DNA from: Actinomycetota bacterium
GTDB taxonomy: Bacteria; Actinomycetota; Thermoleophilia; UBA2241
Assembly: GCA_003132585.1 (NCBI GenBank)
Contig: PKYG01000091.1
Coordinates: 18,893-64,385 of the forward strand
Reading direction: 5' to 3'
Length of the DNA stretch: 45,493 nucleotides
Shown: positions 1 through 9,476 of the stretch, piece by piece
How positions within the stretch are numbered: the stretch's first letter is position 1
Layout: each line of letters opens with the position of its first letter
The notes under the pieces: model-generated
Database searches by the model: none
What the model was told of the DNA's origin: nothing
The model's input: only the letters and a program-made list of their open reading frames with translations
Translations under genes and position numbers: made by a program

Positions 1-237
1 GGGCTCACGCTCAAGGGCATCTACGGACGGGAGATGTTCGAGACCTGGTACAAGATGACGGCGATGGTCCAGAGCGGGCTCGACGTCACTCCCGTCATCA
101 CCCACCACTTCCCCGTCGCCGAGTACGAGGAGGCGTTCACGATCATGCGCTCCGGCCGCTCCGGCAAGATCATCCTGGAGTGGCCGGCCGCGCTCGGCGG
201 CGAAGGCCGCGAACGCCAGCCTGGAGGTGAGTCGTGA
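1..237 (+). CDS. tdh: L-threonine 3-dehydrogenase, C-terminal part (5' truncated by window)
   Basis: Frame 1 reads [19 protein letters not shown]...VITHHF...SGKIIL, the Tdh C-terminus; stop overlaps kbl start (GTGA). Confidence 0.93.
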   Translation, partial: GLTLKGIYGREMFETWYKMTAMVQSGLDVTPVITHHFPVAEYEEAFTIMRSGRSGKIILEWPAALGGEGRERQPGGES

Positions 238-1430
238 TCACCGATGTCGTCAGGGATCGGCTTCTGCACGAGCTGCAGGACACGCGCGATCAGGGCCTGT
301 TCAAGATCGAGCGCCCGATCGCCGGGACGCAGGGCGCGTGGGTGCAGCTCGCCGACGGGCGCCGCGTGCTCAACATGTGCGCCAACAACTACCTCAACCT
401 GTCGTCACATCCGGACGTGGTAGCGGCCGCCGGCCGGGCCCTCGAGCAGTGGGGCTACGGCATGTCCTCGGTGCGCTTCATCTGTGGCACGCAGACGGTG
501 CACACACACCTCGAGGAGACCATCGCGAGCTTCCTCGGCATGGAGGCGGCGATCCTCTACTCCTCCTGCTTCGACGCCAACGGCGGCCTCTTCGAGACGC
601 TCCTCGGGCCGGAGGACGCGGTCATCAGCGACGCCCTGAACCACGCCAGCGTCATCGACGGGATCCGCCTCTGCAAGGCGAAGCGCTACCGCTACCGCAA
701 CTGCGACATGGCGGACCTCCAGGAGAAGCTCGAAGAAGCGCGCGGCGCGCGCACGGTCCTGATCGCCACGGACGGCGTGTTCTCGATGGACGGCGTGATC
801 GCGCCCCTCGCGGACATCTGCGACCTCGCCGAGCGCTACGGCGCCCTCGTCATGGTCGACGACTCGCACGCGCTCGGCGTGTTGGGCGAGCATGGGCGCG
901 GCACGCCGGAGCACCATGGCGTCGGCGAGCGCGTTGACATCGTCACCGGCACGCTGGGCAAAGCGCTCGGCGGCGCCAGCGGCGGCTTCACGAGCAGCTC
1001 CCGCGACGTGGTCGAGCTGCTCCGGCAGCGCTCGCGCCCCTACCTCTTCTCGAACACCCTGGCGCCGATGATCGCAGCCGCTTCGATCACGGCGATCGAG
1101 GTCGTGCAGAGGTCGCTGGACCTGCGCGCGCGGCTGCGACGCAACGCGCAGCACTTCCGCGCGGCGGTGGAGGCGGCGGGGTTCGAGACGCGCGGGGCGG
1201 GCCACCCGATCATCCCGGTCATGGTCGGCGAGGCGCGCGACGCCCAGTTGATCGCCGCTGGGCTGCTCGAGCGCTCCGTCTACGCCGTCGGCTTCTTCTA
1301 CCCGGTCGTGCCCAACGGCGAGGCGCGCATCCGCGTGCAGGTGTCGGCGCTGCACGAGATCGCCGACCTCGACTTCGCCGTGGAGCAGCTCACCGCCGTC
1401 CGCGACGGCATAGCGGCGAGCCGAGCGTGA
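234..1430 (+). CDS. kbl: Glycine C-acetyltransferase (2-amino-3-ketobutyrate CoA ligase)
   Basis: [46 protein letters not shown] (PLP lysine), [11 protein letters not shown]; follows tdh. Confidence 0.96.
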   Translation: MITDVVRDRLLHELQDTRDQGLFKIERPIAGTQGAWVQLADGRRVLNMCANNYLNLSSHPDVVAAAGRALEQWGYGMSSVRFICGTQTVHTHLEETIASFLGMEAAILYSSCFDANGGLFETLLGPEDAVISDALNHASVIDGIRLCKAKRYRYRNCDMADLQEKLEEARGARTVLIATDGVFSMDGVIAPLADICDLAERYGALVMVDDSHALGVLGEHGRGTPEHHGVGERVDIVTGTLGKALGGASGGFTSSSRDVVELLRQRSRPYLFSNTLAPMIAAASITAIEVVQRSLDLRARLRRNAQHFRAAVEAAGFETRGAGHPIIPVMVGEARDAQLIAAGLLERSVYAVGFFYPVVPNGEARIRVQVSALHEIADLDFAVEQLTAVRDGIAASRA

Positions 1431-1443
1431 TCTCGCCCTTCGC

Positions 1444-1565
1444 ACCTATCGCTTAGGACAATACGCAGACTGCATAACACCCCAACCCACGCGTGAAATG
1501 ATGTCTTACGTAGAAAGGCGTAGGCTACGGGGCGTGTTACACAGTCTGCATAATCACTGTTGGGC
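1444..1565 (+). repeat. Long attC-like element, family copy 1 of 3
   Basis: Imperfect palindrome ATACGCAGACTGCATAACAC...GTGTTACACAGTCTGCATAA ending in GTTGGGC (1559-1565); top-strand C.A mismatches become G.T pairs on the bottom strand; left R'' degenerate. Confidence 0.7.
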
Positions 1566-1645
1566 AGAGCTGGCGGCAAGGTCGGAGGGGCGAGGATCTT
1601 CATCATCCGCGGCAGGTGTCCTTGATCGACGGAAGGGGGAGACGC

Positions 1646-2410
1646 ATGTCCAGTGCATCGGAGCGACCGCAAGGACCTGCGAGAGGCCAAGGAACCGGAA
1701 TGCCCGGCGAAGGCGTTCACCTGGCGCCGGGCAAGATGGCTAGAATCGCGGGCGGCTTCTACCTCGCGTTCGTCCTAGCCTCGGTGCTTGCCGGCGCGTT
1801 GGGGCACATCGGGATGGGTGGAGCGGAGCAGGTTTACCAGGCGATCGTCACGAGTGTTGGGTCGTTTCGCCTCGCGCTTGTTGTCGCGCTCATATCAGCC
1901 TTCCTGTTCCTCATGGCCGCCTGGAGTCTCTATGTCCTTCTGCGGCCGATCAACGAGCGGCTGGCGCTGCTCTTCCTGCTGCTCAACGCAATCGGCGTTG
2001 CCATACAGTGCGCAAGCATGTTCCCGCTCATATCCGCGTTGTTGCTCGGAGACGGTGCCAGTCGGATGCAGGCGTACTCGGCGCCGCAGCTGGAGGGACT
2101 GGCCTACTTGTCCATCAACCTCTACAAGACGGGCTTCGTCACGGCCCAGCTGTTCTTCGGCACGTGGCTGTTCCCGCTAGGCTATCTGGTGTACAAGTCC
2201 GGATTCCTTCCCAGGTTCCTGGGCGTCCTGCTGATACTCGACGGTTTCGGTGTCTTGATCTGGTTCCTTCAGGCCCTACTGCTGCCGGCCTACCCCGCGA
2301 TCAGCTACCCAGCGTGGGCCCTAGGCTTCATTGCTGAAGTCGGGCTGGGATTGTGGCTCCTCGTCAAGGGTGTGGAGATTGTCGACACCGAAGCGGGTCT
2401 AGCCGGCTAA
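1646..2410 (+). CDS. DUF4386-like multi-pass membrane protein (cassette)
   Basis: ARIAGGFYL, LYVLLRPIN, FFGTWLFPLGYLVYKSGFLPRFLG; ATG 1646 after GGAAGGGGGAG. Confidence 0.8.
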   Translation: MSSASERPQGPARGQGTGMPGEGVHLAPGKMARIAGGFYLAFVLASVLAGALGHIGMGGAEQVYQAIVTSVGSFRLALVVALISAFLFLMAAWSLYVLLRPINERLALLFLLLNAIGVAIQCASMFPLISALLLGDGASRMQAYSAPQLEGLAYLSINLYKTGFVTAQLFFGTWLFPLGYLVYKSGFLPRFLGVLLILDGFGVLIWFLQALLLPAYPAISYPAWALGFIAEVGLGLWLLVKGVEIVDTEAGLAG

Positions 2411-2430
2411 TCGGCGTCCCGCGATTGCCT

Positions 2431-2514
2431 GCCCAACAAAGGCATCAACCCGACGGCGCAAGCGCCGTCCGACCGAGAGCGTATCGGCCGCGGGTTATGC
2501 CTACACCGTTGGGC
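2431..2514 (+). repeat. attC recombination site (canonical, 84 bp)
   Basis: R'' GCCCAAC 2431-2437 and R' GTTGGGC 2508-2514 fully complementary; L'' GGCATCAACCCG vs L' CGGGTTATGCC with one extrahelical base. Confidence 0.93.
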
Positions 2515-2548
2515 GGCTCTCTAGGATGAAGTGAGGTGGAACTCAAGA

Positions 2549-3379
2549 ATGGATTGCGAACTCAAGGACACCACAGTTCACTATGAAGCGTTGGGTGAGG
2601 GCAGACCCATCGTCATGCTCCATGGTTGGTCTATAGACCATCGCCATATGGTGAGTGATATGGAACCACTCTTCAGGCAGCGTGACGGATGGAAACGCAT
2701 CTATCTTGATTTGCCTGGTCACGGAACGACGCCAGGAAAGGATTGGATCACTAACCAAGACAGGATGCTAGACGTCGTTTTGGATTTCATTGATAGCCTT
2801 ATCCCTGGGCAACGGTTCGTGGTGGCCGGCGCGTCAGCCGGAGCGTATCTTGCCCGTGGCGTAGTCCATCACCGATCGGCATCAATAGATGGATTGCTGC
2901 TGACCGTCCCCCTGATCGTGGCTGACGATGCAGAACGGCATGTGCCTTCTCCCGTTACCCTGGTAGCGGACCCTGCGCTTGTGTCCGAATTGGGACCAGA
3001 TGAGGCGGAGGGGTTGTTCCAGATCGCCGTTGTTCAGAGTCGAAAGGTTGTTGATTACATTCGGGCCAATTTTACGTCTGGAAGTGAGACTGGTGATCAG
3101 GCCTTCCAGGCGAAGATCAGAGAGCATCCGGAGAACTACGCGTTCTCATTTGACGTGGATGCGCTTCCCAAGCCATTTCCTGCTCCAACGCTCATAGTCG
3201 CAGGTAGACAAGATTCTGTCGCTGGTTATCGCGACGCCTGGGGAATCCTGGAGAACTATCCGAGGGGAACATTTGTCGTCCTGGATCGTTCAGGGCATTT
3301 CTTGCCCTTTGAGCAAGAAGACCTGTTCCACGCGTTAGTGGGTGAGTGGCTTGACAGAGTGGAGGAATACGCTGCTTGA
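2549..3379 (+). CDS. Alpha/beta hydrolase (cassette, lower GC)
   Basis: LHGW, DLPGHG, GASAG nucleophile elbow, GRQD, SGHFL. Confidence 0.9.
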   Translation: MDCELKDTTVHYEALGEGRPIVMLHGWSIDHRHMVSDMEPLFRQRDGWKRIYLDLPGHGTTPGKDWITNQDRMLDVVLDFIDSLIPGQRFVVAGASAGAYLARGVVHHRSASIDGLLLTVPLIVADDAERHVPSPVTLVADPALVSELGPDEAEGLFQIAVVQSRKVVDYIRANFTSGSETGDQAFQAKIREHPENYAFSFDVDALPKPFPAPTLIVAGRQDSVAGYRDAWGILENYPRGTFVVLDRSGHFLPFEQEDLFHALVGEWLDRVEEYAA

Positions 3380-3438
3380 CGGGACCTTACTGCTGTATGG
3401 TTACCAATTCGCCTCTACTCATTGAAAGGAGAAAGCGT

Positions 3439-3750
3439 ATGTCCCAGAAAATTCTGCAAGTCAATATGAAGTTCAGCATTCCAAGAGCCGATCTGGAGGC
3501 AGCATGGCTCCCCGTCGCCCAACCGATTGCCGACTTGCCCGGTCTGCTCTGGAAGGTCTGGTTGATGAACGAGGCAGAACACGAGGCGGGCGGCATCTAC
3601 CTGTTTGAAAGCGAAGCCGCTGCGCAGTCGTATCTGGCTGGCCCGATCGTGGCAGCACTCAAGGCCAGCCCTGCAGTCAGCAATATCAGCGCCAAGTTGT
3701 TCGATGTGATGGAAAGCCATACCGCAATCACCCGCGGTCCGCTGAAGTAG
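3439..3750 (+). CDS. YdhR-family putative monooxygenase
   Basis: PGLLWKVWLMNE..EAGGIYLFESE..AQSYL; RBS AAAGGAG. Confidence 0.85.
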   Translation: MSQKILQVNMKFSIPRADLEAAWLPVAQPIADLPGLLWKVWLMNEAEHEAGGIYLFESEAAAQSYLAGPIVAALKASPAVSNISAKLFDVMESHTAITRGPLK

Positions 3751-3790
3751 GCGTTGGACGCCCACTCCGCCGCCACCACTCCCGAACCAG

Positions 3791-4609
3791 ATGGCGATGA
3801 CAGTCGATTTGAGGCTACGGGTGCTACGCCGTGCCGTAACGGAGCTCATCGCCTTCGAGAGTGATCTTGAGGCGAGGCTCGAGCGGGAGCGAGACGTGGT
3901 TCGCGCGTATCCCGAGGCCCTGGCTGCCATCGAGCGCTTCCGGCCGACGGTGCACGCCCAGCGGGACCGACTCGTGAGCTACCTCGAGGGCATCGGTGGC
4001 GCCGAGGCGGGGGCCGCCATAGAAAGCGGCTTGACGTTCACTCCCGCCGCCGGGGTTTCGGGGGCGTTGCGCGGCATCTGCGTCGCATTCAATCACGGCG
4101 CGATCGGCTACGCGATGCTGTACGAGACGGCGCTCCGTCTGTACGAGCCCGCTCTCCGGGAGATCGCGCCGGAGCACTTGGAGGCCTACGTTGATGCGGC
4201 GTCAACGCTCTACCGTCTTGTGCCAGCCGCTGTAGCCTGGGAGTTGGCCCAGGACGGGTTTCATTGCTCCTGCATCTGCCCTATGTGCGGGCTCGGAGCC
4301 TGCGGGTGCGTTGCCCACGGGACACAGACTCTGGTGGAGGCCTGGCGCGAGGCGATGGCCGCTGAATCGGCACTGCCCGGCTTCGGTCTCCAGCCTCCCA
4401 AGCCCGAGAGTGAGCTAGCGCGGGCCGGTGTGCGCGGCGGAGAACGACTCCTCGCCGTCGACGGCCAAGAAGTCCGCTCCGTGGCCGACATTCAGGCCGC
4501 GATTCGGAAGCACGCGCTCGGGGAGAAAGTGCGGCTCCTGGTCCAGCGAGGTTCGAAACCTGCGCGCGAGATCGGCGTCAGGCACGTCAGCGACTATCTC
4601 GAGACATAA
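3791..4609 (+). CDS. Ferritin-like helical domain + Cys-rich motif + C-terminal PDZ domain protein
   Basis: Helical N-terminus, CSCICPMCGLGACGC, then SELARAGVRGGERLLAVDGQEV..IQAAIR..GEKVRLLVQRG (PDZ). Confidence 0.65.
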   Translation: MAMTVDLRLRVLRRAVTELIAFESDLEARLERERDVVRAYPEALAAIERFRPTVHAQRDRLVSYLEGIGGAEAGAAIESGLTFTPAAGVSGALRGICVAFNHGAIGYAMLYETALRLYEPALREIAPEHLEAYVDAASTLYRLVPAAVAWELAQDGFHCSCICPMCGLGACGCVAHGTQTLVEAWREAMAAESALPGFGLQPPKPESELARAGVRGGERLLAVDGQEVRSVADIQAAIRKHALGEKVRLLVQRGSKPAREIGVRHVSDYLET

Positions 4610-4641
4610 TGAGTGCGTTCCGCAGCTGAGGAGGTGTAGTC

Positions 4642-5088
4642 GTGGATGCGAACCAGAACGCGCCCGCGTTTGCTCGTCACGAGATCCACATCGAGGCCCC
4701 GCCGGAGATGGTCTGGGCGCTTCTGTCAGACATCGATCGATGGAGCTCATGGCAACCGGACATCGCCACCGCGAGGTTGACTGGACCGCTTGCCCCAGGC
4801 TCCACATTCAAATGGAAATCGGCAGGCACCGGCGTCTCTTCGACGCTCGCAGAAGTCGACCCGCCGCGCCGACTTGGGTGGACCGGTCGCGCGATGGGCG
4901 CCAGGGCCAAGCACGTCTGGATGCTCGAGCCGCAGGGTTCCGGAACGACGGTCACGACGCAGGAATCGTTCGAGGGCCTGGTCGTGGTGCTGCTGAAGAA
5001 GAGGATGCAGCGCCTGCTCGATGACTCGCTCCAGAAATGGCTTGCGCGGCTCAAAGAAGCTGCGGAGCAGTCGTCGACCCGCGCCTAA
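4642..5088 (+). CDS. SRPBCC (polyketide cyclase/START-like) protein
   Basis: IHIEAPPEMVWALLSDIDRWSSWQP...LKEAAE; RBS GAGGAGG; stop TAA lies inside GCCTAAC. Confidence 0.88.
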   Translation: MDANQNAPAFARHEIHIEAPPEMVWALLSDIDRWSSWQPDIATARLTGPLAPGSTFKWKSAGTGVSSTLAEVDPPRRLGWTGRAMGARAKHVWMLEPQGSGTTVTTQESFEGLVVVLLKKRMQRLLDDSLQKWLARLKEAAEQSSTRA

Positions 5089-5116
5089 CCAGCGCGTCGC
5101 CAGTGCACCGTTGACG
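5083..5116 (+). repeat. Collapsed attC remnant
   Basis: R''-like GCCTAAC overlaps the SRPBCC stop, followed by CAGCGCGTC and a GTTGACG only 27 bp later; central arms missing. Confidence 0.5.
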
Positions 5117-5150
5117 CTCCCCTGCCGCTGTGGCTATACTTCGGATAGCC
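5111..5150 (+). promoter_or_regulatory. Promoter and palindromic operator of mazEF
   Basis: TTGACG-N18-TATACT; inverted repeat GGCTAT-N7-ATAGCC (5132-5150) over the -10. Confidence 0.7.
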
Positions 5151-5164
5151 ATTGGAGGTGCGGC

Positions 5165-5413
5165 ATGATCACCAAGGTCCAGAAGTGGGGCAACAGCCAG
5201 GGTCTTCGCTTGAGCAAGGAGCTGCTCTCGACCGTCCGCATCGACGTCGGGGACGTGGTGGACATCAGCGTGCACGACGGCGCGCTCGTCATCACACCGG
5301 CGCGCCGCGTCAGAGGCGGACTCGACCTCGCGCAGCTCGTCGAGCGCATCCCGGCGGACTACAAGCCGGAAGAGCTCGACTGGGGTCCGCCGGCCGGCCG
5401 GGAGGTCTGGTAG
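5165..5413 (+). CDS. mazE: AbrB/MazE-family antitoxin
   Basis: MITKVQKWGNSQGLRL...LDWGPPAGREVW. Confidence 0.92.
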   Translation: MITKVQKWGNSQGLRLSKELLSTVRIDVGDVVDISVHDGALVITPARRVRGGLDLAQLVERIPADYKPEELDWGPPAGREVW

Positions 5414-5749
5414 ATGGCGGCCTACGTCCCTCGCAAGGGGGACTTCGTCGCGGTGACATTCGACCCGCGGTCCGGGCACGAACAGCGCGGCCGCCGACTG
5501 GCGCTCGTCGTCAGCAACGACCTGTTCAACAAGGCCACGGGGCTCTGTATTGCGTGTCCCGTGACCAACACACGGCGCGACTACCCGTTCCACGTCTCGA
5601 TCCCTGACGGCCAAGACGTGACCGGGATGGTGATGGTGGAGCAGGTGAAGTCACTCGACTTCCGCTCCCGCAACGTCAAGCGCATCGGGACCGCGCCTGC
5701 GCCGGTGCTGGAGGAAGTGCTCTCGATACTGGATGCCTGCATCTACTGA
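5414..5749 (+). CDS. mazF: PemK/MazF-family toxin
   Basis: YVPRKGDFV..FDPRSGHEQRGRRLALVVSND.FN...EQVKSLDFRSR. Confidence 0.93.
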   Translation: MAAYVPRKGDFVAVTFDPRSGHEQRGRRLALVVSNDLFNKATGLCIACPVTNTRRDYPFHVSIPDGQDVTGMVMVEQVKSLDFRSRNVKRIGTAPAPVLEEVLSILDACIY

Positions 5750-5824
5750 GAACTGCCTTGCCCCACGGAAGCATTATCGTTAGTATAGACGTTGTACGTT
5801 CTTGTTATCGATAAGGAGGTCGTG

Positions 5825-6031
5825 GTGGAAACGGTGACCATCTCGCCCAAGTTCCAGGTCGTCATCCCCAAGCGCATCCGTGAGAGACTCGGCCTGCATC
5901 CCGGCCAGAAGGTCCAGGCGATCCAGTATGGCGACCGCGTGGAGCTGGTTCCGGTGAGGCCGATCAGGCAGATGCGCGGCTTCCTGCGCGGCATCGACAC
6001 CGACGTGCCGCGCGAGGGTGATCGCCTGTGA
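5825..6031 (+). CDS. vapB: AbrB-family antitoxin (VapB-type)
   Basis: TISPKFQVVIPKRIRERLGLHPGQKV; RBS AAGGAGGT; overlaps toxin start. Confidence 0.85.
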   Translation: METVTISPKFQVVIPKRIRERLGLHPGQKVQAIQYGDRVELVPVRPIRQMRGFLRGIDTDVPREGDRL

Positions 6032-6408
6032 ACGTCGTCGACTCCTCCGCCTGGCTCGAGTACTTCGCCGCCGGTCCCAACGCCGACTTCTTCGCCGACG
6101 CCGTAGAGGCGACCGACGAGCTGGTGGTGCCCACGGTAAGCGTCTACGAGGTCTTCAAGCGCGTCCTGCAGCAGCGCGGCGAGGGCGACGCGCTCCAGGC
6201 GGTCGCGCTCATGCAGCAGGGCTCAGTGGCCGAGCTCACGACGCCGATCGCGCTCGAGGCGGCGCGCACCAGTGCGGCACTCGGCATCCCCATGGCGGAC
6301 AGCATCATCCTCGCTACAGCGCGAGCGTTCGAAGCTACGCTCTGGACACAAGATGCGGACTTCGCGGAGATCGAGGGCGTCAAGTACGTCCCGGTGAAGT
6401 CGGCGTGA
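6028..6408 (+). CDS. vapC: PIN-domain VapC toxin
   Basis: VVDSSAWLEYF, YEVFK, MADSIILATA, LWTQDADF. Confidence 0.92.
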   Translation: MNVVDSSAWLEYFAAGPNADFFADAVEATDELVVPTVSVYEVFKRVLQQRGEGDALQAVALMQQGSVAELTTPIALEAARTSAALGIPMADSIILATARAFEATLWTQDADFAEIEGVKYVPVKSA

Positions 6409-6518
6409 TTTCAACACTCAGACCGCCTCACACCCCAACCCACGCGTGAAATGACGTCGTACGTGGAAAGGCGTACGCTACGGTGCGCGTTACACCGTCT
6501 GCATGACCACTGTTGGAC
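6409..6518 (+). repeat. Long attC-like element, family copy 2 of 3
   Basis: Shares CACCCCAACCCACGCGTGAAATGA...GAAAGGCGTA.GCTACGG..CG.GTTACAC.GTCTGCAT with copy 1; ends GTTGGAC (6512-6518). Confidence 0.7.
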
Positions 6519-6539
6519 CGAACGGGGATGGGAGGTCAG

Positions 6540-6947
6540 ATGACGATATGCCGGCGTGGACTCCTTGGACTGTTGCTCGTCACCCTAGCCATCGCGAGCG
6601 GGTTCGGACTGCTCGCCTGCGGCAAGTCGGGTTCGCACGATCGGTCGCTGACATCTTCCGTCACGGCGCACAAGGGTGGTCTCACAGCGACGGTGGCCGA
6701 CAACCGTGCCGGCACGCACACAGTGTGGGTCGTCCTTCTCAATCCGCCAAAGGGCAGGCACCATGAGTGGTTTGCCACCTCCAATGACGGAACCAACGGC
6801 ACCGGTTGGACGAGCGCGAGGGGGCCTGTGCCCGCCGGCACATATGCCTACGCCGTGTACGACGCCGATGGCATCATCTACTCCAGTGGCGCCAAGTACT
6901 GGACGCCTCAGAACCATATCGCCACAGGCCAAGTGACGGTGCCATGA
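6540..6947 (+). CDS. Hypothetical lipoprotein
   Basis: Signal peptide with lipobox LLAC; RBS GGAGGT; beta-rich body. Confidence 0.7.
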   Translation: MTICRRGLLGLLLVTLAIASGFGLLACGKSGSHDRSLTSSVTAHKGGLTATVADNRAGTHTVWVVLLNPPKGRHHEWFATSNDGTNGTGWTSARGPVPAGTYAYAVYDADGIIYSSGAKYWTPQNHIATGQVTVP

Positions 6948-7087
6948 CCGCGGGGCAGGCCGAAGGGCGCTGGAGCTTGGCCGGTCGGTCCGCCTCCACT
7001 GGAAGCGAACCTTCGATGATGGTCGGGCGTCTCTAGGCAGTTGGCCGGCGCGAGCCGGGATGGTGGCATGGGCGGGGGAGGTAGGGG

Positions 7088-8269
7088 ATGAATCGCAGGC
7101 TTCTCTTTACAGCACTGTTCGCGGTCGCCGCGATCGCGGTGCTCGGCGTGGTCGGTTGGAGGCACTCGCCGCAGGCCGGCGCGAGCACGCCACTGCCGAC
7201 TCCCTCACCGAGCTTCTCCGCGATCTGGATGTCGACGATCAACGTGGAGTACAACGGCTCGAGCACCCGCATCGAAACGGGGACCTTCCTCGCCGATGGG
7301 GCCGGCGACGTGCGTGTGCGTGAGTCGCAGGGGGCCATGGGCCGCAGCTCGGCGATAATCGTCTACGACAACTCGTCCCAGACGCTGACGCGGGCGCGCA
7401 ACAGTAGCGACGGCAGCGTCGGCTACTGGCGCAGTACCAACATGTCGCCCGACTACGGCATGCGGGACAGCGTCGTCTCGCCGTTTGAGTACATCTACAG
7501 TGCCGCCACGATCGTCAAAGCGGCGCTGGTCGAGAACGACCCCGCGATCGCGGTCACCGAGACGACCTGCCTGGGCCGTCCCGCCTGGCAGGCCGCGTAC
7601 ACCAAGCACGGGTGGCAGCACACGATTACGGTCGACCAGGCGACCGAGTTTCCGCTGCGCTACGTCCTCGTCGACATTCGCGCGCCGCGGACGAGCAAGA
7701 GCGTCTGGCGCGTGGTCGACATCGAGACCGACGTGCCGGTGACCGCGGCTGACTTCACGCTGGAGATCCCCGCCGGCGCCCCGATCGACAGTACCAGCCT
7801 GTACGAGCACTTCACGACGACCGACCAGATCGCCGCCAACGTCGGCTATCAACCCTTCCTGCCGGCCTGGCTTCCCGATAGCTGCGTGCTTGCCTCGGCA
7901 TCGACGCTGCCCGACCCCTGGGGCCCATACGGCTGGATCTTCCCCTTCTCGCACCCCTGGGTCGACCTCTCCACCCTGCCCGACAACGAGGCGCACCTCT
8001 ACTACCATCGCGGCTTCGACTGGTTCACCGTGATCGAGTCGCCGCGGATCGGCACCGCCAACTCCGTGCCCGCCGGGCTCGATCAACACCCGCCCTTCGC
8101 CTATCGCAAGACCGTCCTTGCAGTCGGCGCCTTTGCCGGCAAGACGGCGCGTACGTGGATGGGCGACGGCACCACGCTCTACGTTCAGAACGGCACGTAT
8201 GCCGTCGAGATCACAGGAGACCTGACACGCAGCGAGATACTGGCTGTGGCGGCCTCGCTGCAGCAGTAG
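7088..8269 (+). CDS. Secreted/anchored protein with LolA/RseB-like domain and C-terminal DUF4367-like domain
   Basis: N-terminal TM, PTPSPS linker, TITVDQATEFPLRY...ADFTLEIPAGA, PFLPAWLP, EITGDLTRSEILAVAASL. Confidence 0.6.
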   Translation: MNRRLLFTALFAVAAIAVLGVVGWRHSPQAGASTPLPTPSPSFSAIWMSTINVEYNGSSTRIETGTFLADGAGDVRVRESQGAMGRSSAIIVYDNSSQTLTRARNSSDGSVGYWRSTNMSPDYGMRDSVVSPFEYIYSAATIVKAALVENDPAIAVTETTCLGRPAWQAAYTKHGWQHTITVDQATEFPLRYVLVDIRAPRTSKSVWRVVDIETDVPVTAADFTLEIPAGAPIDSTSLYEHFTTTDQIAANVGYQPFLPAWLPDSCVLASASTLPDPWGPYGWIFPFSHPWVDLSTLPDNEAHLYYHRGFDWFTVIESPRIGTANSVPAGLDQHPPFAYRKTVLAVGAFAGKTARTWMGDGTTLYVQNGTYAVEITGDLTRSEILAVAASLQQ

Positions 8270-8331
8270 CGTCGTCTCAAGACGCGACGTTCGACGGGAC
8301 GGAGGGTCTCGCCGTCCGACGGAGGTGAGCA

Positions 8332-8814
8332 ATGCATCGATTGCGGCTAGCGGTGCTCCTTGCTGGGCTGGCGCTCGTCGCGTTCGCGTGCGGCTGCGCG
8401 AGGGCGGTGGTGATGGCGCCGCCACTGAAGCCCGATGCCAGCGTGACCGCTCAATCAGGCAAGCTGGTCGTCTCCATCCACGTCGACCCGGTGCGAGCAT
8501 CGGTCGGCGAGCTGATCACGGCGACGGTGTCGATTCGCAACATCTCAGCCCATCACTACCGGCTTGTCGAAGGAACCTTGGCGTTCATGGTGCGTGTCAC
8601 CGACGCCAGCAGCACAGTCGTGTTCGACTCAGCGGACGCTTACCGGGGCATGAAGATGCCGCTATTCACCATGAAACTCGCTCCCGGAGCCACGACCTCG
8701 GGGAGAATCACCTTCCGATTGAATGCACCCGGTAACTACGACGCCGTGGCTTACTCCACCAACAACCCTCAGCTGAAGACGCCCCCCGTCCGTGTGGTCG
8801 TCTCGGCGCTGTAG
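8332..8814 (+). CDS. Hypothetical lipoprotein with Ig-like (BsuPI-like) domain
   Basis: Lipobox-like FAC/GC; VGELITATVSIRN, LAPGATTSGRITFRLNAPGNY. Confidence 0.6.
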   Translation: MHRLRLAVLLAGLALVAFACGCARAVVMAPPLKPDASVTAQSGKLVVSIHVDPVRASVGELITATVSIRNISAHHYRLVEGTLAFMVRVTDASSTVVFDSADAYRGMKMPLFTMKLAPGATTSGRITFRLNAPGNYDAVAYSTNNPQLKTPPVRVVVSAL

Positions 8815-8830
8815 CGGAGGTTGGGAGCAA

Positions 8831-9466
8831 TTGCTGAAGCGCAGAGACGTTAGCCCGACCAGAGGTGGACCATCGCGGCTGATTCTGGGCAGCCTCGTCG
8901 TCGCGGCCGTGCTCGCTCTGACGGGCTGCGGTCTGACCGGCGATTCCCGTTCCACCGCCGTCAGCCCGCCTCTGACGACGTTCACGAGCGCTCTCTACCA
9001 CTTCTCCGTGAGCTACGATCCGCACCTCTTCGCGGTCGCTACGCAGCAGAACGCCTGGACGTCGCCGCCCGAGATCGAGTTCCTCGCAAAACCACGCCTG
9101 CCCGGTCTGCCCAGCGACTACCAGGTCCCGCGCCCCTTCTACTTCGTGGACTGCGTCTACATCTCCGTCTCGACGACGCCGCCGTGGCACTCGTGGCCAG
9201 CCGTGACTACCAAGGCCGACGTGCGCGCGTACGAGAAGGTGCAGAAGCGCAGGGATGCGCAGCATCGCGTCACCCTGGGCGACCTGGTGGGCACGCGGTT
9301 CGCGGACAACGGCGGGGAGAACGGCGTGAACAGCAAGGAGATCATCTGGAACCTGCGGCGCGGCAAAGTCTACTTTCACATCCAGCTCGACTGCCCCGTC
9401 CACAACTGGCCGATGTGGTGTCCGCGGATGCTCGCGCTCGTGAACTCGCTGAAGGCGGGCGAATGA
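8831..9466 (+). CDS. Hypothetical lipoprotein (start uncertain)
   Basis: LVVAAVLALTGC lipobox; FTSALYHFSVSYDP resembles PsbP-like lipoproteins; true start may lie downstream of the attC remnant. Confidence 0.6.
   Translation: MLKRRDVSPTRGGPSRLILGSLVVAAVLALTGCGLTGDSRSTAVSPPLTTFTSALYHFSVSYDPHLFAVATQQNAWTSPPEIEFLAKPRLPGLPSDYQVPRPFYFVDCVYISVSTTPPWHSWPAVTTKADVRAYEKVQKRRDAQHRVTLGDLVGTRFADNGGENGVNSKEIIWNLRRGKVYFHIQLDCPVHNWPMWCPRMLALVNSLKAGE
8833..8855 (+). repeat. attC right-half remnant
   Basis: GCTGAAGCGCAGAGACGTTAGCC closely matches the right arm of the attC at 11341-11362 (GCTGAAGCGCCGAGACGT-AGGT). Confidence 0.6.
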
Positions 9467-9476
9467 TGCGGCGGTC

